A DNA stretch of 49,284 nucleotides from assembly GCA_000388065.2 (NCBI GenBank), contig KB932201.1, one strand, 5' to 3'. Source of the stretch: Fonticula alba ATCC 38817. Its lineage: Eukaryota > Protista > Nucleariida. Every line of letters begins with the position of its first letter. The first letter of the stretch is position 1. Position numbers and translations under genes: made by a program. Shown one piece after another: positions 23,761 through 35,273 of the stretch. A model generated the notes under the pieces. The model saw only the letters and a program-made list of their open reading frames with translations. It had not been told where the DNA came from and searched no databases.

Positions 23761-25738
23761 TTAGAAGCCCAGCATGCGCTTGTAGGTAGCACGAGTCTTG
23801 TCCTCCTCGGCCTTGATGGCGGCACGGATGGACTTGCGCAGGTTCTGGAAGTTGGCCACATCGGTCGGGGAGAAGCCACACCCGTCAGCCTTGGCCAGAG
23901 CCCGATCGACGGACTCCAGGGCGGTGGGATAATCCTTCAGCGAGAAGTGGCAGCTGGCCACGCGATAGAGGGCCTTGACATGGTTCGGGTCCAGGGCAAG
24001 GACCTGTGTCGCAATCCGCGAGGACAGCCGGGGGGGGGGGGGCGGGCGGGGGGGCAACGCATGGCGAAGCACGGTCAGCGAAGAGCCAAGGGCCCGGCAC
24101 AGCCCCCGGGTGAGGGGAGGCGGCATGCATGTGTGGACATCCTTGCATGTATGTGTGCGCGTTTGGTGAGGGGGGCTGGAACGCGAGGAGGGGGAAACAT
24201 CGGGCGCACCTTCTGGCTGGCGGCCAGGGCCTGGCGGAAGTGGCCGAGCTGGAACTCGGCCGTGGCCAAGTTGGAACCGATGGAGATCTGGGCCTGGCGA
24301 ATGTCCTGCCAAAGGTCGGGGTTGTGCTTCGGCCGGGCCGGGTTGGTGTAGTCCACCTCCAGCTCCTCCTTCAGACAGTCGGCCGCCAGGTTGTAAGTGC
24401 GAGCCGCGCGGCGGGGCTGCTTGGCCCGGAAGAGGGTATTCCCCTGCTGGCGCAGGGTGTCGGCCTGCTGGAGCTTCTGTGCCGGCTCCAGATCCCAGTG
24501 GGGGGCCGGCTGGTCGAAGGAAACCAGCGACACACACAGGAAGGCCTGCGAGCCGGCAGTGGCCGGGGAATGGGTGGCCTCCTCCCCGCAGCCGGGATAG
24601 AGGATGGTGGCATTGCCAAGGGCAGAGGCCGTCTCGCCGGCCACCATGCTGGCCAGCAGCAGATCCAGGAGCTCCGGATTGGCCGGGTCGCCGAGGGTGG
24701 CGGTGACCGTGGCACCGGGCAGCTGGTCGGCCCAGGCAGTGACCACCGGCGCGGCGCCAGCAACAGTGGCAGCCGCATCCAGCAGGTCCTGATCCGAGGG
24801 CGGGGCCGCGTCGGCCGGCAGGACCCCATTGGCCAGCAGGGTCAGCTGGCAGACGGCCCCCTGCAGCGGGCGAGTGGTCTCGGCCGAGGCCACCAGGACG
24901 CGCTTCCGGGCCACCGGGGTGGCATCGCGCTTGGGCTGCAGCGCCGGCAGGAGCACCTCACTGCGGACCACATTCTCCAGGGTGATGTCATACCACACGC
25001 GGCCATTCCAGTCGGAGGATGGCAGGCAGGGGATGATGTTCAGGGCATCCGAGCCGCCGGGCCCGAAGGCATACTGCCAGGGGGCCGACACGCGGATGGT
25101 GTCCTTGAGGCGCAGGCGCGCGGCGGCCACATGGAAGACCGGCGGCACGGCGGCCGCCGGCAGGAGCGCCCCATCGCCGGCCAGCAGCGGGGTCACATCC
25201 AGGGCGGCATCCTCGCTCAGGGGCACCCCGGCGCCATCGACATCCAGGCAGAAGCGAATCGGCCGGGCCAGGTCCGAGCCATCGTAAAGAACGCGCCCGT
25301 CCTCCGGGTCCACCACGCGGAAGCGCACGGCCACCTCGGTGCCCGGGGGATTGACAATGGCAGCCTCCTTCTCATCGGCCCCGGTGGCCAGGTTCACATG
25401 GCGCCCGACCGGGGTCCGGTGGATCCACTCCTCGCGGGTGACCAGGCCATCGGCCGTCAGGCTGCGGTTGCTCTTGACCGCGATGAGCTCCACCTCAAAT
25501 TCGAGGACACTGTTCGGGGGGATGGTGGGCGGGCTGCCCTGGGCACCGTACGCCACCTCCGGGGCGCAAAGGAGAATGGCCTTCTCGCCGATGCGCATGG
25601 TGGGGATGCCCTCCTCCCAGGCGGTGATGACCATGCGCGAGCCGATCGTGAACTGGAAGGGCTTGCCCCGGGTGACGGAGGAGTCGAAGACCGTGCCGTT
25701 GGTCAGACGCCCGGTGTAGTGGACGTCGACAACATCGC
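23761..25738 (-). CDS. FKBP-type peptidyl-prolyl isomerase with additional degenerate FKBP domains and C-terminal TPRs (5' exon in the gap)
   Basis: Exons 25738-24210 and 24003-23761. Canonical FKBP domain: VHYTGRLTNGTVFDSS..RGKPFQFTIG..MVITAWEEG...AYGAQGSPPTIPPNSVLEFEVEL. TPRs: ADTLRQQGNTLFRA, SNLATAEFQLG, DPNHVKALYR. C-terminus YKRMLGF*. Confidence 0.9.
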
Positions 25739-25758
25739 CTGGCGGGGCGGGGGGGGGG

Positions 25759-26408
25759 NNNNNNNNNNNNNNNNNNNNNNNNNNNNNNNNNNNNNNNNNN
25801 NNNNNNNNNNNNNNNNNNNNNNNNNNNNNNNNNNNNNNNNNNNNNNNNNNNNNNNNNNNNNNNNNNNNNNNNNNNNNNNNNNNNNNNNNNNNNNNNNNNN
25901 NNNNNNNNNNNNNNNNNNNNNNNNNNNNNNNNNNNNNNNNNNNNNNNNNNNNNNNNNNNNNNNNNNNNNNNNNNNNNNNNNNNNNNNNNNNNNNNNNNNN
26001 NNNNNNNNNNNNNNNNNNNNNNNNNNNNNNNNNNNNNNNNNNNNNNNNNNNNNNNNNNNNNNNNNNNNNNNNNNNNNNNNNNNNNNNNNNNNNNNNNNNN
26101 NNNNNNNNNNNNNNNNNNNNNNNNNNNNNNNNNNNNNNNNNNNNNNNNNNNNNNNNNNNNNNNNNNNNNNNNNNNNNNNNNNNNNNNNNNNNNNNNNNNN
26201 NNNNNNNNNNNNNNNNNNNNNNNNNNNNNNNNNNNNNNNNNNNNNNNNNNNNNNNNNNNNNNNNNNNNNNNNNNNNNNNNNNNNNNNNNNNNNNNNNNNN
26301 NNNNNNNNNNNNNNNNNNNNNNNNNNNNNNNNNNNNNNNNNNNNNNNNNNNNNNNNNNNNNNNNNNNNNNNNNNNNNNNNNNNNNNNNNNNNNNNNNNNN
26401 NNNNNNNN
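25759..26408. other. Assembly gap (probably hides the FKBP N-terminal exon)
   Basis: N run between G and C homopolymers. Confidence 0.95.
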
Positions 26409-27928
26409 CCCCCCCCCATCCCGCCCCTCCCCCGCTAGTCTCGCTGGTGACGAACAGGCAGCGGACCAGAGGCCGATCGAGCCGCCAGGAAGGTTGGCAT
26501 TTGACGAGGGACGTCCTGCCGGAGGCCCGGCCGGCGAGCTGACCGCCCACTGGCCAGAACAATCCAGAAGTCAGGGACCCGGGGGATGATGCGGCTAAAA
26601 TAATGCAACAGGCACCGGAAAATCCACATCTAGGGTTTGATATTCCGCCTTTTTCTTCCCTCTTCCAGCCCCATCCACACCTTTCGAGAGGTGGGTTTAG
26701 CGAGAGACACGACGGGCCGAGGAAAGGCTCATGTCCATCCTCTTTTTGGAGCTGCATAATGTGTCCGGGCCCTTCCGATTGGAGGTTGGGGGTGGGACCG
26801 ATTCGAAGGTTCGTCGCTTGTGCTGATGTTTCCTCTTTTTCGGTTCCAGCAATCCCCCGCCCACACAACACATGGCACCACCAGGGGACCGGTTCTCGGC
26901 GGCCTCCGGCTGTGGTCCTGCGGGCGGCCGGCTTGTGAATGTGTCCGTGGCGCCCGGCGGGGGGTGGGGCCCCGATGCCGGCGCAATGCCGAGTTCAACC
27001 GGATTTCCTTGGCCCGGCCCCTGGGCTGCCCCGGGTGGTTCCCTCCACAATGTGCCCTCCGAACGGGCACGCCAGGGTGAGGGAGGGAAACCCCAGCAGG
27101 GCGTCCGTCCTCGGGGGCCTTTGTGGGCCGGGTCCTGTCGAGGCGGCGGGGGGGGCCGAAACAGCCAGATCATGGATTGCAGGGTGTTTTTTCTAGATTG
27201 ACGGGGCCTTCGAACCGGCGGCGATATTGGGCAATATTGTGGGTGTGGGTGGGGTCCGTGTCGTGATGGCCCCGGGGCGCGCCAGAAGGGGGCAAGCGCG
27301 TTTCCCCGACCGCTCGAAGGGGGGGGGGGGGGGGAGGGCCCTGCGAGAATGCGCCTTTTCCCGTGCCCGCTGCGCCGCATTTTTCATCCTCCGGACTGTC
27401 ATCCTCCCTGCACCCCCTTGCGCCGAAGGGAACACACACACACGCCTGCGATGCCTCCGGCCCCGTTGCGTGGCCGGCCAACGGCGAGGTGACAGGGGCG
27501 TGAGTGCGCGGGAAGCGCCGTCCGCCCGTGGCGCAGGCCCGCAAGATCGGGCCCAGGCCTCCGTTTGATAGCTGTCGAAGGTGCCCATTCATGGTCCCGG
27601 GCAGCGTCGGAGCGACATGACCAGCGCGATCCGGCCCCCCCCCCCCCCCCCTCGGCTAGCGCGCTGCAAGTTTCTGGAAGCCGAAGCAAGATCTAGCCCC
27701 ACAGTAGCGCGCGATCCCCCCGCATCCCCGCTCGGTACCGACCGGCCCTCCGGCCCCCGACGGCCCGGGTCCCAGGCCATGGGATATCTGTGCCACCTCG
27801 GAGTTGAGGGCCTGGCGCACCCGCGTGCGAGGGAACCGACACCCCTGTCCCTCCCTTCCCCCCCCCCCCCCACCCCCCCCCACCTGTTGCCTGCCTCGCC
27901 TTTCCCCCCGTGCCTTTCGCTCCTTTCA

Positions 27929-29891
27929 ATGAGTGGCCGAGTTTTGGCACCCGGAGCCGGCGCCGCTGGCTCCAATCCCGGCCCGAACTTCACGCTTACC
28001 TTCGACTTCGGCCCGACTGCTGCCGACCGCGCCTCCGTCCGGTGCTTCGCCAATCGGCCAATCCAGCTGGCCCTCGAGGATGCCTGCTTCCGGTTCGCCC
28101 GTCGCCAGATTGCTGCTGAGGACCTGCAAATTATGTGCGTTCCCTCGGGGGTTGGCTTGTCTCTTCTTCTTCCTCCTCCTCCTCCTCTTCGTCGCCTCTT
28201 CGATCACCCCCCACGGTGCCGCTCGGTCTGACATCTGTGTCCCCTTCTCGTTCCCCTCCCGCCCCCGGTCGTCACTCGCCCCCCCACCCCCCCCCGAAAG
28301 CTGGAAGCGCCAGCCGATTGATGCCTCCCTGTCACCGCAGCAGCACGGCATCACCTCCGGCACGGCCCTGCCGACCGCCACCCGGCGCGGCGATCTCAAG
28401 AGTGCGCGTCTTACTCCACCAACCATTGCCGGCTCTCCTGCGACCAGATCATGTGCTGAAACACCTTCCAATGCCCTTGTGCTCCGTTGCCCCAAAAGGC
28501 CGCGTGTCGTTGGTTGTGCGCACGGACCGCGGGCAATTCCGCCTGGCCGCCGAGCCCGAGGCCCGGCTGCTGGATGTGCTGACGGCCCTGCCTGGGCTGC
28601 AGCCGGGCTCGGCGACGGCGCTCGAGCTGGCCCCCGGCGCCCCGGCACTCGACGCCTTTTTGGCGGTGGCCGCCGGACGGACACCCACCCTGCGCATTCT
28701 CAATTACCACTTGGACGAGGGGTGGAACTTCCTGTGGCGGACGCGCCTCTGCTCGCTTGGGCTGCTCCAGCGTGCTGGATCGGCCGCCGCCGCCGGGACC
28801 ATTCTCTTTGAAGTCCGCTGGCGCCCGGCACGCGAGGCGGACCCGGCCGACCTGGAGTGCCTCCGTGCCAATCTCGCTCGACCGGATTGCCGCAACATCG
28901 AGCACCTCCGCCTGGTGCCGGTCGCCAAGCAAACCACCGATCCGGCTCCGGCCACCGGGGAGTGGGTCCTCTCGCAGCTTCCCTCGCAGGCCCAAATCCC
29001 CGAAGGTCTCTTCGAGCCGCCCTCCCCCGGCGAGCGCTCGATCTTCGCGGCCCCAGACCGGCAATCGACCCAGGCCTCCGAGATGCCGGCTGACCGGACG
29101 ACCACCGACCCGCCGCCGGTCGTCCACACTGCTCCGGCCCCTCGGCGCAGCCCGACCCCGGCCCATGCCCCTGCTCCGGCTCGGGCCACGGCCTCCGGTG
29201 TGCGCGGCTGTGACTGTGAAGGTTGCCAATCGGGCAACATTCTGGCTCACCGACGGGTGATCACCACTTCCCAGCGTACCACTGTCCCGGGCTCGCTGGA
29301 GCAGGGTGCGTTTTGTCCATATTTATATCTGTCCCTCTCTCCCTCCCCCCCCCCCTCTCTCTCTCTCTCCCTCTCTCTTGCTTCCTGTTGCTTTCTGCTG
29401 CTTCCTGCGGCTGCTGCCACTCGCTCCCCTCCCCTCTGCCCGCCCTTTGCCCCCTTGTTCTGACAGCCAAACCTCCCTCCCCTCTCACAGATGCTAGCGA
29501 CTCCTTCTATGAGCTGAATAATAACGATCTTGGTGCGGTGCTCTCCAGTCTCCGGAGTGCCGACCAGGAGGCGCTCAAGACTCGGGCCATGCGCGATAAA
29601 GAACGCCAGGAGACACTGGCCAAGTTCCCGGCCGTATGTTTTGCCAGTGTTGCTGTTGCCCCCTTTGCTCCTCCCTACCCCCCCCCTCCCCCCGCCGCGC
29701 CATGTAACTGACACTCCTTCCACCCGCTCTTTCCCCTCGGTCGTGTCCCCCTTTCGCCCGCACCCAGACGTGTATTCGGTTCATGTTTGCCGAGCGCTTT
29801 GTCCTCGAGATTGCCCTGCCCAGCAACTCCCCGGGTACGCCAGCGTGCCCCCTTTGCACTCCCACCGTCTCTGCTTTTCTTTGTCTCTCCC

Positions 29892-29924
<33 letters not shown>

Positions 29925-30368
29925 TACACACATATGCACACGCGCACAAACACTGACTCACCCATACACACAACAGTGTCCCTCGTCCACCAAACACTCC
30001 TGTCACTCGCCCGACCGGAGATTCGTGACCAGCTTCTCACCTGTGCGCTGCGACCCCCCCCCCCCCCCCCCCCCCCCCCCTCCTCCTGCCTCTCCTTTCC
30101 GCCCTCTTCTGCCCCTTTTGTTTCCTCCCCTCCACTTCGGCCCTCCAACCAACACACCGCCGCCCACCCTGTAGATACAACCCCCCCGCGGACTCCGCTG
30201 GTCGGCAGCCCGGGCCACCGGGCCTCAGCCCGAGATCCAGTCGACCTATTCGCGGCCGGCCTCACCCCGGCCGCCATTGTGCATGTTGGCCAGGCCGGAG
30301 TGCAGGCATCTCATGCTCGAGCTGACGCGGTCCTTTTGCCCGAGCATCTCGCAACCGGACGTACTTAA
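27929..30368 (+). CDS. ASPSCR1: TUG/ASPSCR1-like UBX-domain p97/Cdc48 cofactor; ~526 aa
   Basis: Exons 27929-28134, ~28401-29305, 29491-29633, 29768-29834, 29977-30042, 30175-30368, phase-consistent (exon 2 acceptor ambiguous). N-terminal UBL-like segment (LALEDAC). DSFYELNNND...LKTRAMRDKERQETLAKFP followed by IRFMFAERFVLE...YTTPPRT...DLFAAGLTPAAIVHVG matches the TUG helical lariat plus UBX pattern. Confidence 0.75.
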
Positions 30369-30856
30369 GGGATGAGCGTGCTCCTTCTGCCGCCATCATC
30401 AGCACCAGCACCGGCCCCCAGCCCCGGCACCGCCGTCAGCACACACACACACACACACATGCACAATGTAGCCCTCTTTTCATGTTCTGGTTGGTATTCG
30501 CGACATGGGGGGTCCAATGTGACGATGGTCCCAAGTGAAAGAGCGGGAGACCGCACGAGGAAAAGAAGAGGAAGAAGCAAGGACATGGCTCTATTACGGC
30601 ATTCAAAGGGGCGAGGAGTTAGAGAGTGAGAGGGCTCTTGAGGGCGGCTTCACAGGCTCGTCTGCCCTCCCTGCCTTCAAGGAGGAAAGAGGGATGGTTG
30701 GCAGCACGGGGACGCCAAGGCGGATGGGTGGGAGGAGGAGGGGGGGGGGGGACGGGAGGGAGGTGACGCGCGCCCAGACAACACCACGGGGTCAGGCAAG
30801 GTAGGGGGGCGAGGGCAGGGGCACACGTGGGCAACACCCGGTCGGGCCGGGCGCAT

Positions 30857-33800
30857 TCAAGCTTTGCCGGCGGAGGCAGCGGCCACCGCAGGGCGACCAG
30901 CATTGGTTAGGGCAGTGCGGGCACCGGCCGAGGGGCCGGGCTTCATGGGGGCCTCGGATCCGGAGGCCTCCTCGTCGGAGTTCCCCGGCAACACGGTGTT
31001 GGCCTCGACCTGGATGAAGCGCTGCGACGGCCGATCGAACACATAACCCACGGTGCCGAGCTCACCATCGAAGCGGTTTTTCCGCACATCAAGATAGCGC
31101 CCACGGCGGTTACGCTGGAGGATGATGACGTTGTCGGCCTCCTGGGTGGCCTTGGCCGTGCCGAACACCGAGCTCGTCATCAAGGGGACATTGTCATCCT
31201 CCTTGCGGGGGTGGATGACCACGGTGATGTGGATGTTCTTCTCCGAGGCAAAGGTGCGCAGTTGCTCAATGGCCTTGTCCTGCATGTCGAACCTGGGTTG
31301 GGTGGGTGCATGGGTGGGTGCATGGGTGCATTAGCATGGCGTGTGCGTGTGCGCGTGTGTGTGCGTGTGCGTGTGTGTGTGTGTGTGTGCGTGTGCGCAT
31401 GCAGAGAGAGAGGGAGGGGGAGGAACATCGGAGCAGAGGGAGCTGGGAGGAAGGGAGAAACCGGCAACCCCGGCAACCCCGGCAAGAAAGCACACGCACT
31501 TCTCATAGCCACCCTTCCCCTGACCGGACATCATAAACTGGAGGTTGTCTAGGATGATGTGCTCGACGTCGTGCACATAGACCGCGTGCTCCATGGCGTC
31601 GAGGACGAGCTCAACCTTGGTCGAGCCGAAGAACCGCAGGAAGTGCATCGGCAGCCTCTCGAACATGTTTGCCCACTTGTCGAAGTCCTTCAGGCTGTCC
31701 GTGTCGAAGCCACGGCCAGCATACTGGGAAATCATCTTCTTGGCCAGACGAGAGTTCCGAATCTCGAAGGAGCCCCACAGGGTGGACACCCCCTGGACGC
31801 AGTAATCCAGCGACAGCTGGCTGAGGAAGGAGGTCTTGCCGGAGCCGGTGGCCCCGGTGACAATGGTCAGCTCGCCCCGGCGAAGGCCCTTGATGATGCG
31901 AGTCAGCCCGGGCAGAGTGCGCGAGGGGACACCGAGCACCCGAGCCGGCTGCATGAACTCATTGTAGATTTCGGTCCGCAGAGCCGTGAAGCGCTGGATC
32001 TGCTCGTGCGGGATGCGCTCGGCATCCAGCAGACGCCGGAGCATTTGGCTCCCGGCGGCCGATGGCCCGGCGCCGGAAGACATGTCCACCTGCAGGAGCT
32101 CCATGGCTCGAGCCACCTCCTCCGGCTGGAGAGTCCGACTGCCGGAGTCCACACTGTGGTACGTCTGCAGGATGGTAGACGGCTGGCAGGGCTCGGCCGT
32201 GTCGCGGCTGCCATCCTCCCGCACCGGCGGCCGGACGACGAAGCACCGATCGCGGCCGAGCTTGCGGGCAAACTTGTCGGCCGCCTCATTGCCCGCCACA
32301 TCGCTCGGGAACCACAGGTAAATCCGGGAGAAGTGCTCGAGCAGCGGCATGGAGTTGATCGGCAGCGACAGGTAGTCCAGGGGCAGGGCCACCGCCGGGA
32401 GGCCGGTTTCCTGGGTCGCGGCCATGGCATCCCACTCATTGGCCGTGATGATGAGGCCCTTGCTGGGGGATGATACCACGGTCGGCAGGCCGAAGAGAGC
32501 CGTCTCGCCCTGGCGTGGGTCCAGCTCGAAGCTCTTCGAATCTGTGGGGGCAGGGATCTCGCCGGGGTCAGAGGAAGGAGGAGGCTTCCGGCAAAGCGAG
32601 CGAGCGAGCGAGCGGGCGGGCGGGCGGGCGGGCGGGCGGGCGGGCGGGCGGGCGGGCGGGCGGGCGGGCGGGCGGGCGGGCGGGCGAGCCAGGCAAAGCC
32701 CCCGAGCCAGGAGGAGCAAGGGCGCACCTTGGATGTTGACCAGCTTCACACGCAGGAGATCCCCGGTGGCCAGGGTGCCTGGGCCGGAGGAGGTCGACTG
32801 GCTGTCCTTCTGGGTGCAGGAAAACCATGGGAAGGCCAGGTATGGGATTGTCTGGGTGGCGGCGACTTCGGCTTCGTCTTGCGACTCGACCGGCTCTCGA
32901 ACCAGTTCGAAGATCCCGACATCAAATTGCCTCAGGGTGTCCTGGTGGATGTGGTGCTGTTCCTGGATCCAACCAATCACCTCGGGGCTCTGCTCAAGAG
33001 CTGTGGCCGGAGGGGGGGGGGGGAGTCAGCAAAAGGCCATGCACGTGTGCATCTCAGGGGGGGGGGGCGGAGCACAGAGGCATGCATGCATATGCGTGTG
33101 TGTGTGTGTGTGTGCGTGCGGTTTGGGGGAGGCAAATGCCTCGTGGGGGCACGCACAGATCCGGATGTCATCCAATGTCATGGAGGGCGGATCGGTCGGG
33201 CCGGCCCCGAGGCCGGTGCCCCCGACGCAGGTGCTCGAGAAGGAGGGCCCATAGGTGAGGCTCTTGAAGTCATACCAAGACCCGCCACCGCGACAGGCGC
33301 TGCAAAAGAATTTCCCATTGCTGGGGGCGGCGGTGGGAGGGACAAAAAGGCGGGGAGTTTGGGGAGTCAGTAGGCCCGGAGGCGGCCCGGCAGCGGCAAG
33401 CAAAAGCACCTGAGGGTGCATGCATGTGTGTGTGTGTGTGCGTGTGCGTGCGTGTGCGTGCGTGTGCGTGCGTGTGCGTGCGTGTGCGTGCGTGTGCGTT
33501 TGGAGGGAGGGGGGCAGTTCCACATGCATGCGCACCTCTTGTTGATGGTCAGCGACCAGTTGGACTCGGACAGGCGCATGGTGCGACAACGGATGCAGTG
33601 CTTCACGTGTACGTCCTCCCCGACACTGGAGTTCTCCATGCGATGGAGCTGCAGGAAATTTTGCACCTCAAAGGGCGAAAGCTGGAAGTACTCCGACACA
33701 AAGATGCCGGCACCGGGGGCGGGGCTTGTGCTGTGGTTGCCGGCATGGCGGGAGGTGTGTGCCGGCCGGGGGCCGCCACCGCCGCCATACTCGCGCCGAG

Positions 33801-33915
33801 CCACCGGGGCCAAAGGCCGAGCCACCGAGGGAATACCAGGGCGCGGGGCCAGCCGGCCGCTGGCTAGGGTGATGCGCCGCAGCGCCGCCCGCTGCTGCAA
33901 GGCAAGACGCAGCAT
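30857..33915 (-). CDS. TWNK: Twinkle mitochondrial DNA helicase (T7 gp4-like); ~764 aa
   Basis: Exons 33915-33536, 33320-33157, 33000-32728, 32541-31500, 31292-30857 total 2,295 nt. Arg-rich presequence MLRLALQQRAALRR. Zinc-binding domain CIRC...NGKFFCSAC..GSW. SF4 motifs: GLRRGELTIVTGATGSGKT, WGSFEI, HIILDNLQFM, VIHPRKE, GTAKATQEADNV, KNRFDG. Confidence 0.95.
32595..32686 (+). repeat. (AGCG)5(GGCG)18 tetranucleotide microsatellite in Twinkle intron 3
   Basis: Perfect tandem array read directly from the sequence. Confidence 0.9.
33424..33499 (+). repeat. (GT)n/(GTGC)n compound microsatellite in Twinkle intron 1
   Basis: Alternating purine-pyrimidine tandem array read directly from the sequence. 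Confidence 0.8.
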
Positions 33916-35239
33916 CTGGGTGGCTGGGGAGGGGAAAGGGCGGGAGCAGCTATGGGCAAGATGAGAAAGAGGGAAAGGCGCGAGGGAGGAGCAAGGGGGA
34001 GGAGGGACAGCCGGGCGGGCGACGCGTGAATCGATGCCAAGAGGAGGGGGACGCACACGGCAGGGGAGCTCCAATCAGGAGAAGGCCTCAAGCACAAAGA
34101 GGGGAGGAGGGAGAGAGAAAGCGGAGGGAGGGGCGGCAGCCGGCGAGGGGGGGATGAGGGTGCAAGCGAGAGAGGAAGAACACGCGAGCGTGGGCGAGGA
34201 GGGGGAGGGGAGGGGGGGGGGAGTCGGTGTGCAGCTGACCTGGACGTTGATGGGCGCGCGAGTGTGGCACTGGAAAAAACATCGCCCCCGAGGGAGGCGC
34301 CGAGGGGCGCGGGCAGGCGAGTGATGGCGGGCCGCCGAGGAGGGGGGGGGGGGGCAGAGCCGCCAACACAGCCCCAGCCTGCGAAGCGGAAAAAACGAGC
34401 TCCACCATGAAAATAAAGCTCCACCCCCAACAGGAGCCCGCCCAAACGCCGGCCGAAGGGAGGCCGGTGAACCGGCCCCTCCGGGTGAACATGCAGGGGG
34501 GGGGGGCGGAGGCCCTCCGTCGTCACCCGGCCCAAGCGCGGGCCACCCATGTGTGCGTGTTTCCCTCGCGCGGCTCGTGTCCGGCGAATTCTCGACCCCG
34601 CGCGTGCACGACTCCAGGTGGGGCCAACGTTCTCGCAAATCCGGGATACCCCCTGGCCGGAGGGAAAGCCCTTCAGCCATACCACAGGGGGCGGGGCCGG
34701 GCCCGGCCCGGGCCAACGACCCGAAGGCGGCCTGTCTGCTTCGGGAGGACCACACCGTGCGCGACCATGGCGCCCCCCGGCCGGGGGCGGAGGCCGAGCG
34801 CACTCTGCCCGCGCATGTCGCCCGGCAGGCGGGGACAAGGCGGGGGTCCGGCGCTGGTGGGCCAGCGCGTGCGGGGGGGGGGGGGGGCCCTGCCGAATTG
34901 AGAGCCGGCGGCCGGTGGCCGGCCCGGAGCATGTTCAATCGCGAGTGCGCTCACCGCGGCCCGGGGAGAGCGATCCTCCCGACCTCCTCCCCCGGAGCGA
35001 TCTTGGGGCTTCGAGCTCTCGGGGGCTGCACCCCTGGCAGTGGAGCACCCTCGTCTCCCCTTCCCCCCCCCCCCCCCCCCCCCCTCCCCCCCGCCCGCCC
35101 GCCCCCCCCCCCCGGAGGCCAGCGGGACAACCGGGCCCCCCACGCCCGCGCCCCCCCCCAGGCAAGGAAGGATGGGCACAAACGGGACCGACCACGCACA
35201 CGCACACACGTACACGCACACACGTACACGCACACACGT

Positions 35240-35273
<34 letters not shown>

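Noticed and set aside
27190-27225. tRNA T-loop-like TTCGAACC (and GGGTTCGAG near 14673)
   Set aside because: No pairing T-stem, acceptor stem or cloverleaf can be built.
32595-32686. Tandem arrays as CRISPR or mobile-element signatures
   Set aside because: These are simple microsatellites with no spacers, terminal repeats or transposase/RT ORFs anywhere in the window.
34679-34810. U1-snRNA-like fragments (ATACCACAGG, GACCCGAAGGCGG, GCGCACTCT)
   Set aside because: The 5' arm does not match, the spacing between the 70K-like and U1A-like loops is about twice that of U1, and no Sm site follows.
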